Part shown: in pieces, positions 39,959 to 48,956 of the stretch
How positions within the stretch are numbered: position 1 is the first letter of the stretch
Layout: each line of letters opens with the position of its first letter
NCBI GenBank assembly: GCA_019912845.1
Contig: JAIOHU010000194.1
Location: 38,603 to 102,602, forward strand
Direction: 5' to 3'
DNA from: a bacterium
Lineage (GTDB): Bacteria; Electryoneota; Electryoneia; Electryoneales; Electryoneaceae
DNA length: 64,000 nt
Program-made: the position numbers and the translations under genes
Notes under the pieces: generated by a model
Seen by the model: the letters and a program-made list of their open reading frames with translations, nothing else
Database searches by the model: none
Told to the model about the DNA's origin: nothing

Positions 39959-40093
39959 TATTATCAGAGGGATTGGTGCTGGATTTATCCAGGGTGTACA
40001 CCTTCCTAGCTGTCCGAGAATGAAAATTTTAGATTATTCTGAAAAATTGCGGATATGTTATGTTTTCTAACATGTAATAATATCAACACCTTC

Positions 40094-40127
40094 CTGGATT
40101 CCGGCTCAACTCATCACCGGAATGACG
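40094..40127 (-). repeat. CGTC-tagged palindrome, family B
   Basis: CTGGATTCCGGCTCAACTCATCACCGGAATGACG, with a compensatory T-A pair where other copies have C-G. Confidence 0.85.
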
Positions 40128-40324
40128 AGGGCGATAGAACCAATATTTGAATTATTAAACTTTGGACAAGTCCAAAGCCAATAATCAAGGTGTGCGAGAT
40201 AGCCTGCTACGTCATCAGCCTTGCGCAAAGTATTTTGAAAACCCCTTTGCCTGGTATTGAAGCGTGAATTTGTAATGTCTACCTTCGATATCACAAATTG
40301 AGCCGATCACAAGGAATTTGAAAT

Positions 40325-40789
40325 ATGGTTACAAAAATTCAACGTGTTGTAGAAGAACTGATTGAACTTGGTGAGGTGATGCCAAGCCACACCTGGTATG
40401 AAGAAATCGTCAGCAAATTACGGGATGAAATTCCCACCTACTCTTGGGTTGGTTTTTACTGGGTAACTGGTGATCATCTTATCCTGGGCGCCTGGGATGG
40501 TCCCGAAGCCACCGAGCATGTGCGTATCAACATTGGCGAGGGAATATGCGGTCAGGCGGCGAGCACTGGTGAGACGGTAATTGTAGATGATGTAAATGAA
40601 CATTCAAACTACCTTGCCTGTTTCCCATCCACAAAAAGTGAGATTGTTGTCCCTATTTTCAAAGGTGGTGAAGTAATTGGCGAGCTCGACATCGATGGTG
40701 ATAAGGAAGGTGCATTCACCAGCGAGGATCAAAGGCAACTCGAACGTCTCGCTCAAGCGATCGCAGATCAGATGAAGTCCGAGGGTTGA
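40325..40789 (+). CDS. GAF domain protein, free methionine-(R)-sulfoxide reductase (MsrC/YtsP)-like
   Basis: SWVGFY, GEGICGQAA, YLAC...KSEIVVPI, GELDID. Confidence 0.82.
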   Translation: MVTKIQRVVEELIELGEVMPSHTWYEEIVSKLRDEIPTYSWVGFYWVTGDHLILGAWDGPEATEHVRINIGEGICGQAASTGETVIVDDVNEHSNYLACFPSTKSEIVVPIFKGGEVIGELDIDGDKEGAFTSEDQRQLERLAQAIADQMKSEG

Positions 40790-40792
40790 TCC

Positions 40793-41620
40793 TTGCCAGA
40801 ACTGCCGGAAGTTGAAACAATTGTAAGAGCACTTCGTCCAGTGCTGACGGGTAAAACGATTTTGCAGGCAGAATTTCTCCACCCGAGAACCACACCCCAC
40901 ACCCCGCCAGCTCGACTGAAAGAAGCATTGAAGAACAACCGGATTGTTGCAGTTAGCAGGCGCGGCAAGTACATCCTGGTTCACTTGGAGAACAAACCGG
41001 ATATGGTTGTCCATTTACGGATGTCCGGTAAATTACTACTAAATAAAGAGTCGCTCTCTGATCCTCACTTGAGGGCTTTTTTTCGTCTTTCAGAAAACAT
41101 CGTACTCAATTTTGTCGATACTCGCACTTTTGGGTTTCTCTATCTTCTGGAAGAACCGATCCCCGAAGGGTTTCGCTCTTTGGGTGTTGAACCCTTATCT
41201 TCATCCTTTAGCGCGAAACGATTAGCAGAATTGTTTCGTAATCGTAAATCACCGGTAAAAGCATTGCTCCTGCGTCAGGACTTGATTGCAGGTATTGGAA
41301 ATATTTACGCTTCGGAAGCGTGCTGGATCGCGAAAGTTCACCCCGCGACATTTGGTGGTGAACTTGAAGAGAAGCAGCTCAAAGCACTTCACCGAGCGGT
41401 GAGGAAGGTGTTACGACAGGCTGTTGATCTAATGGGTACGACCCTGAATGATTTCAGACGTCCCGATGGCACACCCGGCGAATATGGCAATGCATTGCTG
41501 GTGTATGGAAGAAAAGGTGAACCGTGCCCACGGTGCGGTCAAACGATAGAACGGATTGTTCAAAATGGCAGAAGCAGTTTTCTTTGCCCCAACTGCCAAC
41601 ACGAGACGCGCGGCGGTTGA
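40793..41620 (+). CDS. mutM: Formamidopyrimidine-DNA glycosylase
   Basis: N-terminal PELPEVE, RRGKY, HLRMSG, AGIGNIYASE, zinc finger CPRC...CPNCQ. Confidence 0.97.
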   Translation: MPELPEVETIVRALRPVLTGKTILQAEFLHPRTTPHTPPARLKEALKNNRIVAVSRRGKYILVHLENKPDMVVHLRMSGKLLLNKESLSDPHLRAFFRLSENIVLNFVDTRTFGFLYLLEEPIPEGFRSLGVEPLSSSFSAKRLAELFRNRKSPVKALLLRQDLIAGIGNIYASEACWIAKVHPATFGGELEEKQLKALHRAVRKVLRQAVDLMGTTLNDFRRPDGTPGEYGNALLVYGRKGEPCPRCGQTIERIVQNGRSSFLCPNCQHETRGG

Positions 41621-42347
41621 GGGTACAATCGATCTCCCTGATAGCAGTGAGGTAACATGGGCGATGTCACGTCGTGAATTTGGTCCCATGTCATTCAAAG
41701 GTCGTCCCGACTGGGATATCACCCATAACCGTATGTCCTTTCTCCGTTTATTTAATCTGAAGATTGATAAAGTTGTGGCACCTCAACTGGTTCACGGCAA
41801 TAATGTTGAAGTAGTTACGGAGAAAGATGTTCGAAAGGGTGCACGTGAGATGCACACCGGCATCCCTGACACTGATGGTTTGGTGACACAAGATGCAAAT
41901 GTGATCTTGTTTACCACACATGCTGACTGTCCGTCAGTCTGGTTGGTTGCTCCTGAGTCGGGATGGATTGGGCTTGCACACTCCGGTTGGCAGGGTTTGT
42001 TGAATGGTGTGGTGGATAATTTGATATTGGCAATTCCTGAGTCGGATCGAAACAATTTGAAATTAGGTATTGGTCCCGGAATTTCGGCACAAAACTATGA
42101 AATCGGTGAAGAGGTCGCTGAAAAATTCCGCAGCCATGAGACCCTGCGTTCTGCGCTCGTCGAAAACGACGATAAAATTTATCTCGACCTGCAAAAAGGA
42201 ATTCGTCTTATTGGTGAAAGCCATGGCACAATTGTAGACTCATCTCCCTGGCTTTGCACCCATGAAAATGAATTTCTAAGTTCTTATAGACGTGATGGCG
42301 AAAATTTTGCTCCCATGGGAGCGTTTATAACCAGAATCAAGGTCTGA
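41556..42347 (+). CDS. pgeF: PgeF/YfiH laccase-domain protein (start uncertain)
   Basis: QLVHG, DGLVT, HADC, AHSGWQG, IGPGI...YEIG, SYRR. Confidence 0.88.
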   Translation: MFKMAEAVFFAPTANTRRAAVEGTIDLPDSSEVTWAMSRREFGPMSFKGRPDWDITHNRMSFLRLFNLKIDKVVAPQLVHGNNVEVVTEKDVRKGAREMHTGIPDTDGLVTQDANVILFTTHADCPSVWLVAPESGWIGLAHSGWQGLLNGVVDNLILAIPESDRNNLKLGIGPGISAQNYEIGEEVAEKFRSHETLRSALVENDDKIYLDLQKGIRLIGESHGTIVDSSPWLCTHENEFLSSYRRDGENFAPMGAFITRIKV

Positions 42348-42349
42348 CT

Positions 42350-43876
42350 ATGTTCAGCAAACTCTGGACAATGGCGTTGGAAGGGATTGATGCCAGCCTG
42401 GTAGAGGTGGAAACCCAACTCGAAGGCGGATTTGAGGGGATTACCATCGTTGGGCTTGCCGGCGCATCGGTACGTGAATCAAAAGACCGTGTGAGTGCTG
42501 CGATCAGAAATTCCGGCTTCATCTATCCACGTAAGAAGATCACCATCAACCTTGCGCCCGCAGACAAACGCAAAGAGGGTAGCGCATTTGATCTACCGAT
42601 TGCGTTGGGGCAACTGGCGGCTACTGGTCAAATACGAAATGATGACCTTGATCGATTTGTCTGCCTCGGTGAACTGGCGCTGGATGGACGACTTCGGCAT
42701 GTACGTGGAGTCTTACCTTCTGCACTAGCGGTTCGCAAACTCGGTAATAAAGCGATTATTGTTCCAGAATCCAATGCCGACGAGGCAGCGGTTGCGGAAG
42801 GGGTGGATGTTTATCCTATGGCGAACCTGCGGGATGTCGTTGATTTCCTCAACGGCGATGATCAGGTTGATCCCTATACAATAAATCTGCGAGAACTTTT
42901 CGCCGAACGTCAGCAATATGATGTCGATTTTTCAGAGGTAAAAGGGCAGGATCGCGCAAAACGTGCGCTTGAAATCGCTGCCGCCGGGGGACATAATGTG
43001 CTGTTAATCGGTCCTCCCGGTTCAGGGAAAACGATGTTATCGCGTCGGTTACCGACGATTCTACCCCCTCCCACATTAGATGAAGCTCTTGAGACAACTC
43101 AGATTCATTCGGTCGCCGGAACACTTAGAGAAGAAACCGCACTCATGGCAGTGCGTCCCTTCCGCAGCCCGCATCATACCATTTCCGATGCAGGGCTAAT
43201 TGGAGGAGGCACGATACCGATTCCGGGTGAGGTAAGCCTTTCACACCGCGGTGTCCTCTTTCTGGATGAACTACCTGAATTTGGAAAAACAACCCTCGAT
43301 TCATTACGTCAGCCATTGGAAGATGGGGAAGTAGTAATCGCACGTGTGGCTATGACAACACGTTTCCCCGCTCGTTTCCTCCTGATTGCCGCCATGAACC
43401 CCTGTCCCTGCGGATTTCTGGGCGATTCAAACCGAGAGTGTGTCTGTTCAATCAACCAGGTAAGAGCCTATCGTGCGCGGATTTCTGGTCCGTTGCTGGA
43501 CAGGATTGATTTGCATGTCTCTGTGCCAGCAGTAAAAGCTGAGGAATTGAGCCTGAAGAGTGAAGGTGAACCTTCTTCGAGTATGAGGGATCGTGTCATG
43601 AACGCTCGCAATATCCAGCTCGCTCGATTCCAGGATGCTGGAATCTTTTCAAATGGCGAAATGGTATCCAGGCATGTACGCAATTATGCAAAGGTATCTG
43701 ATGGAGCTGAAAAAATGCTTCAAGAGGCGATTAAACGGCTCGGTTTATCAGCGAGAGCACATTTCCGTTCCATGAAAGTTGCCCGTACCATTGCGGATAT
43801 GGCAGGGCATGAGGAAGTACAGGAGGATGATATCCTGGAAGCTGTTGGATTCCGTGAACTTGATCGTGAGGTTTAG
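42350..43876 (+). CDS. comM: YifB/ComM Mg-chelatase-like AAA+ ATPase
   Basis: VGLAGASVRES, NLAPAD..KEGSAFDL, GPPGSGKT, PFRSPHHT, LFLDELPEF, MNPCPCG, SGPLLDRID. Confidence 0.93.
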   Translation: MFSKLWTMALEGIDASLVEVETQLEGGFEGITIVGLAGASVRESKDRVSAAIRNSGFIYPRKKITINLAPADKRKEGSAFDLPIALGQLAATGQIRNDDLDRFVCLGELALDGRLRHVRGVLPSALAVRKLGNKAIIVPESNADEAAVAEGVDVYPMANLRDVVDFLNGDDQVDPYTINLRELFAERQQYDVDFSEVKGQDRAKRALEIAAAGGHNVLLIGPPGSGKTMLSRRLPTILPPPTLDEALETTQIHSVAGTLREETALMAVRPFRSPHHTISDAGLIGGGTIPIPGEVSLSHRGVLFLDELPEFGKTTLDSLRQPLEDGEVVIARVAMTTRFPARFLLIAAMNPCPCGFLGDSNRECVCSINQVRAYRARISGPLLDRIDLHVSVPAVKAEELSLKSEGEPSSSMRDRVMNARNIQLARFQDAGIFSNGEMVSRHVRNYAKVSDGAEKMLQEAIKRLGLSARAHFRSMKVARTIADMAGHEEVQEDDILEAVGFRELDREV

Positions 43877-43878
43877 CA

Positions 43879-45453
43879 GTGCAAGAATATACGGGTAATC
43901 TTTTTACACAACTTACAAACCGGATAAAGAGAGGTGATTCTGCCAGTTCTATCAAATGGCGTTCGAATAATCTCTCCTGGTCACAAGTTGAACAGGCTGC
44001 AAGGAAGGTAGCTGGTGGACTGGTCAAACTTGGGGTCAAGCCGGGAGACAGGGTTGCTTTAATGCTTCCCAATGTACCTCCCTATCTCTTCATTAAGTTT
44101 GGGGTTCACCTGATGGGAGGGATTTTAGTGCCGATTCACATCCTGACCAGAGGCCCTGAATTGGGGTATCAGCTTGAAGATTGCGAAGCGAAAGTTTTGT
44201 TCACCTGGAGTGGGTATGAGGAAGTTGCCCTGGAAGGAATCGAGCAAACAGAATCACTTCAGCATCAAATTCAAATTGGGTGCAGTAATTCGGACACCTG
44301 TATCGATTTTAATGAGTGGTTGAGCGAGTGTGAGCCTTTTGACGGCGAGCCTGTTGGTGGTGATGACGATATTGCTTTGATCCGTTATACCGCAGGTGTT
44401 ACGGGACGACCTAAGGGTGCCATGATCACTCACAAGAACCTGATTTTCGGGAGTCGAGAAACCCAACGTATCCTGCGTCTGAGTGCGAAAGATCGTCTCT
44501 TGACCACCATACCGTTTTACCATCCTTTCGGCGACAGTCTGCAGATTCACCTTGCCCTTGAGTCGCGATCGGATATCATCATGCTATCTCGTTTTGACCC
44601 GGAGGAGACCTACGACCTGATCAATCATGGAGAGGTTGATGTTATCATCGGTCTTCCTGTCCACTTCAGTACACTCTGTGAAGCTGCGGAGGATGCGGAA
44701 CCTGAAGAGAAGCATTTACGTTTTGCAGTCAGTGGTGGTGGACCGCTCGATATGGAAGTGATCCAGGGCTTTGAATCCATATTTGACAGCAAAGTTGCCA
44801 GTGTGTACGGTACCTGTGAAACCAGTCCGACCATTGCAGTAAATGCGCCTCACCGTGAGGAAAGCCCGCGTGAATCCTGGGGTCGTCCAATTTCTGGCAT
44901 GGATATCCAGATCGTCAATGTTCAGAATGAAGCGGTTCCAATCGGTGAAGTTGGAGAAATTATTGTAAAGGGAGCGGGTGTTTTTGCTGGATACTGGAAC
45001 CGTCCCGGTGCAACCGCGATGACCATCGACGCTGATGGCTGGTTCCACACTGAAGACCTCGGACGTGTAGATCTGAATGGTTATCTGTATGGCATGGGCA
45101 GGATGCATGATCGTATCAATAAGGGCGGATTTTCAGTATATCCTCGTGAAATCGAAGGAATAATCGACGCCCACCCTACTGTACGCATTAGTGCTGTGAT
45201 AGGCATTCCTGACGCTGTTTACGGTGAGGAAATCATTGCTTATGTCGTTCCACGCTCAGGGCAGCATGTAGATACCGATGAAATTATACGCTATTGCATG
45301 GCTCATCTGGCGCGTTACAAAGCACCCAAGCATATCAATATTGTGGAAGAATTGCCACGTTCCCCCAATGGTGTAATTTTGCGACGAGCCTTACGTGAAT
45401 CAGCAACAGGAAATCTACACTCACAGCCACAATCCATCGAAGGGGATGTGTAG
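43879..45453 (+). CDS. Long-chain acyl-CoA synthetase-like (ANL superfamily) protein with atypical catalytic motifs
   Basis: GVKPGDRVALMLPN, YTAGVTGRPKG, YGTCETSP, GEIIVKG, GYWNRP, GWFHTEDLG, VYPREIE. Confidence 0.88.
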   Translation: MQEYTGNLFTQLTNRIKRGDSASSIKWRSNNLSWSQVEQAARKVAGGLVKLGVKPGDRVALMLPNVPPYLFIKFGVHLMGGILVPIHILTRGPELGYQLEDCEAKVLFTWSGYEEVALEGIEQTESLQHQIQIGCSNSDTCIDFNEWLSECEPFDGEPVGGDDDIALIRYTAGVTGRPKGAMITHKNLIFGSRETQRILRLSAKDRLLTTIPFYHPFGDSLQIHLALESRSDIIMLSRFDPEETYDLINHGEVDVIIGLPVHFSTLCEAAEDAEPEEKHLRFAVSGGGPLDMEVIQGFESIFDSKVASVYGTCETSPTIAVNAPHREESPRESWGRPISGMDIQIVNVQNEAVPIGEVGEIIVKGAGVFAGYWNRPGATAMTIDADGWFHTEDLGRVDLNGYLYGMGRMHDRINKGGFSVYPREIEGIIDAHPTVRISAVIGIPDAVYGEEIIAYVVPRSGQHVDTDEIIRYCMAHLARYKAPKHINIVEELPRSPNGVILRRALRESATGNLHSQPQSIEGDV

Positions 45454-45458
45454 TCGCA

Positions 45459-46178
45459 GGAGCGCCACACTCCAGTGTAGCATTTTATATTCTGGCTTGG
45501 GATTTATCCCAAGTCTAATAAATCCATCGACGTATTTTTCAATGCTTTTATCTAAGGACTTCACCTCAGCGTGGTGAGATTTGCGTAGCCCCGACGTGCT
45601 GCGAAGCGAAACCCGGGGAGCAGAAGCGTCCTTCTCTCAGGGTGGCAAGGGGATGAGAGCAATTCTACTGATAAATAGCAATGAATTGAAAAACGTTTAA
45701 GAACTGAATTGTTTTTTGTATTTCATACTCATCCTCGGGTATTATTCATCCACTCTAAAATTGAAACTTGCACAAGAATTTGTCACTTAAACCCGATGCA
45801 AAGCATCGGGCCATCTTTGGAGCGGCACACTCCAGTGTAGCATTTTTTATTCTGGCTTGGGATTTATCCCAAGTCTAATAAATCCATCGACGTATTTTTC
45901 AATGCTTTTATCTAAGGACTTCACCACAGCGTGGTGAGATTTGCGTAGCCCCGAGGTGCAGCGAAGCGTAACCCGGGGAGCAAAGGCGTCCTTCTCTCAG
46001 GGTGGCCCGGGGATGAGAGCAATTCTACTGATAAATAGCAATGAATTGAAAAACGTTTAAGAACTGAATTGTTTTTTGTATTTCATACTCATCCCCGGGT
46101 ATTATTCATCCACTCTAAAATTGAAACTTGCACTAGAATTTGTCACTTAAACCCGATGCAAAGCATCGGGCCATCTTG
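45459..46178. repeat. Tandem duplication of a 360-bp non-coding unit built of palindrome families A, E, D and F
   Basis: 45459-45818 against 45819-46178 has an exact period of 360 and about 12 substitutions by hand count. A degenerate third family A start lies at 46181. Confidence 0.95.
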
Positions 46179-46239
46179 GTGGAACGACGTACTCCAGAGT
46201 ATCCCCAAGCCACCCACAAAATAATATCATCTTTTTCCA

Positions 46240-46473
46240 GCAATTCATTGAATTTGTCACAATTATAATGGTATATTTTATTGCAGGCACCAACATCGTG
46301 TGATGTATTCGGTTTGCCGTACTTGTATATTTGACTGCTGGGGGAACCTTTCTGTGCTTCTGTGAAAGGGTGGCTGACACGCCCCCCTTTCGATCTCCCT
46401 CATCATCGAGAAGGTATATTTGTGAAAAACTCTCTCATAATCAATATGAGACCTGTAGTAAGAGCTACAGGCC
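46240..46473 (+). promoter_or_regulatory. Conserved promoter-like box plus structured leader, copy 2
   Basis: TTGAAT-N18-TATATT with a TGn extension; hairpin GAAAGGGTGGC-TGACAC-GCCCCCCTTTC (46364-46391); hairpin CCTGTAG-TAAGAG-CTACAGG (46452-46471). Confidence 0.6.
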
Positions 46474-46537
46474 ACCCATCGTTTTCAATCACTCTCAACG
46501 CTCTCAGCAACACACTTAATTTAGGGGCTGCAATAGA

Positions 46538-48745
46538 ATGAAATTCATCCTCGCTTTTTTCGTGCTTTTTCCTTCATTCATATTTGCACAGGACAGTCTG
46601 AACATGAGCCTGCTGAAGCACTTCCAGACCTACGAACCGTTTGCCTGTGATGTTACCTCGATTGATAACTACGTTTATGTCGCAAATCATATCGATGGCA
46701 TTGTTATCGTGGATATCTCTAATCCTCAAGAACCTGATGATTTTACAAAAGTTCCTGTTCCTACAAATTGCTTTAACCTGTTTATTCTTGATCCGTACCT
46801 GTATGTAAGTGGTTTCCATAGTGATAATCCTGAAAATCAATCCGGTCTCTATATATTTAATATTGAAAACAGGGAAGAACCGGAATTTATTACTCGCTAC
46901 GAGCAGCAGTCTTCTTATATGGTGAATGTAGGTGAAACTCTTTTTACAGCAAACCCCTGGTACATTACCATCCTCAACCTGGAAAATAGAACTCAGCCAG
47001 ATACCCTGGCGCGAATTGGACGCGAGAATAGTTTATATTATGAGAACTCAATACACGTAGCGAACTCACACCTCTTCATCATCAACAGAGAACACATTCT
47101 AAAATGTTTTAATGTTGTAGATCCAGCGAATCCCCAACTGGTGGATACGTTACATCTTGAAACAGGTGCGAACGACTTGACTTCCATGGGTTCTACACTC
47201 TTGGTGGGTAATAGTGAAAATGGAATCACCACAATTGATATTTCGAATCCAGCCGAACTAACCAGAATCAATAACTTCGAAGTGTACAGTCCTGTTAGAC
47301 ATGTAGGTACGGTAAGCGATCACTTTGCGCTGTCAGTCCACAGGGAGGAACGTGATGATTGGCCGGACAGCCTTTATGTATTTGATATACTGGACAATGG
47401 TGATATTGATGTTCTTGGCAGCCACTATCTTCAGAATTTTACAGGTGTATTGTTATACGAACAAGCGGGAAACCTGCTGTTTCTGGCAGATGATTATTTG
47501 CGAATTGTTGATGTAAGCGATTTAGCCAACATGGTGGAATTGGGTACAACTCAACAACCTATACAATTCTTGTCCACAGTTGTTATCGGTGATCGTTACT
47601 ATGGAATGCTTGATGGATATATCTGGATTATTGATATATCAAACCGTGATGAAATCGAAATCCTGGGAAAAAAACCTGTAAATCACCGGGCGTTCAGTGA
47701 TCGTGCCAGAAATGCCCTGGCCACAGATGGCACCAATCTCTGGATTGGTTGTGCTGGTTGTTGGTTGTATAAAGCTGAAGTATTGCAGGATGCACCCTGG
47801 GTGACACTCGTTGATTCAGTAAACCTTTATACAGACGAAGACACCTTCGCCCCTGTTATTCATGTGGAGAGTGAATCCAATACCCTTTACTACAGCGAAC
47901 ATACTGAAAATCTTTGTGCGATTGATTTGTCTACATTTGAAATCAGTCAAATCTACAATACCCATGGGATAATATCCGATATTGAACATCAGGATGATCT
48001 TCTTTTTGTCACAATTCTTCAAGATTCCATTTATATATTCGATAAAAGTGATGCTATGCTTCCTGTTCTTTCATCTACCATTTACCATGATGGTGTTGGT
48101 TTGCCAGGAAGCGTGGTTACTGTCGAAAACAGTCTATATTACAATTATTTATATGGAATTCGAAAATATGATATATCGAATCCATTTGATCCCATTATGA
48201 TTGGGAATTACACCCCCCCCTACATCAGGACGAGTATTATTCTGGATAAAGTTGGTGAGTACGTAGTTTATAACAATATATCAGGAGTAGACTACTTATT
48301 CGTGCTCGATTTAACAAGTGATGATCCTGCTGAATGGCAACCTGTCGCCTGGCACCGAGCCAGTATAGCCGGTATATGGACTTTTACTGTCAGCGATAAT
48401 CTCCTTCTAGCAGAAAATTATATCTACCAAGTTTCAGATGAGCTTAATCCAGTAAAGGAGATAGATGAGGAAGTTGGGTTACCAGGTAATATCACCCTCT
48501 CAACCTCACCCAATCCGTTCAATGAAACTATTCAGATTACCTTTACTTTGCCCCATAGAACAAATGTAGATATTGCGTTATATGATCTTTTAGGCAGGGA
48601 AATAGCTTCTATTGTACAGGACAGAGTCTTTGATGTTGGGAAATACAATTATTCCTGGTCTCCATCCATATCGTCCGGGATATATTTTGTTCGACTGGAA
48701 GGTAACGGAGTATCAATTAATCAGAAGATAATATATCTGAAGTGA
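46538..48745 (+). CDS. Secreted divergent LVIVD-repeat protein with T9SS type-A CTD
   Basis: Signal peptide IFA/QDSLN, degenerate IVDISNP repeats, SPNPFNE...SGIYFVR...QKIIYLK. Confidence 0.87.
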   Translation: MKFILAFFVLFPSFIFAQDSLNMSLLKHFQTYEPFACDVTSIDNYVYVANHIDGIVIVDISNPQEPDDFTKVPVPTNCFNLFILDPYLYVSGFHSDNPENQSGLYIFNIENREEPEFITRYEQQSSYMVNVGETLFTANPWYITILNLENRTQPDTLARIGRENSLYYENSIHVANSHLFIINREHILKCFNVVDPANPQLVDTLHLETGANDLTSMGSTLLVGNSENGITTIDISNPAELTRINNFEVYSPVRHVGTVSDHFALSVHREERDDWPDSLYVFDILDNGDIDVLGSHYLQNFTGVLLYEQAGNLLFLADDYLRIVDVSDLANMVELGTTQQPIQFLSTVVIGDRYYGMLDGYIWIIDISNRDEIEILGKKPVNHRAFSDRARNALATDGTNLWIGCAGCWLYKAEVLQDAPWVTLVDSVNLYTDEDTFAPVIHVESESNTLYYSEHTENLCAIDLSTFEISQIYNTHGIISDIEHQDDLLFVTILQDSIYIFDKSDAMLPVLSSTIYHDGVGLPGSVVTVENSLYYNYLYGIRKYDISNPFDPIMIGNYTPPYIRTSIILDKVGEYVVYNNISGVDYLFVLDLTSDDPAEWQPVAWHRASIAGIWTFTVSDNLLLAENYIYQVSDELNPVKEIDEEVGLPGNITLSTSPNPFNETIQITFTLPHRTNVDIALYDLLGREIASIVQDRVFDVGKYNYSWSPSISSGIYFVRLEGNGVSINQKIIYLK

Positions 48746-48946
48746 CACAGGAATAGCTCGGCTTAGATATTCAAGGGAATTATTAGACTTGGGATAAATC
48801 CCAAGCCAAAATACATGCCGCCCATGCGGAGAATGCTTGTCCATAATTCCAAAATCTACAATATCAATTGCTTCCTGGATCCCGGCCCAACTCATCACCG
48901 GGATGACGCGGGGTGTGATGACACACTATGGAGTGTGGCGCTCCAG
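48745..48946. repeat. Mosaic of palindromic repeats (families E, B, A), inverted relative to 45459
   Basis: GGAATAGCTCGGCTTAGATATTCAAGGGAATTATTAGACTTGGGATAAATCCCAAGCC matches 19440-19497; family B at 48875; family A at 48920-48944(-). Confidence 0.88.
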
Positions 48947-48956
48947 TGTAAATGTT

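Noticed and set aside
45459..46200. CRISPR array
   Set aside because: The whole 360-bp unit is duplicated, there are no unique spacers between short repeats, and no cas genes are present.
46147..46519. Short ORFs upstream of the 46538 gene
   Set aside because: Same non-coding repeat and leader DNA, with indels relative to copy 1 that break the frames.
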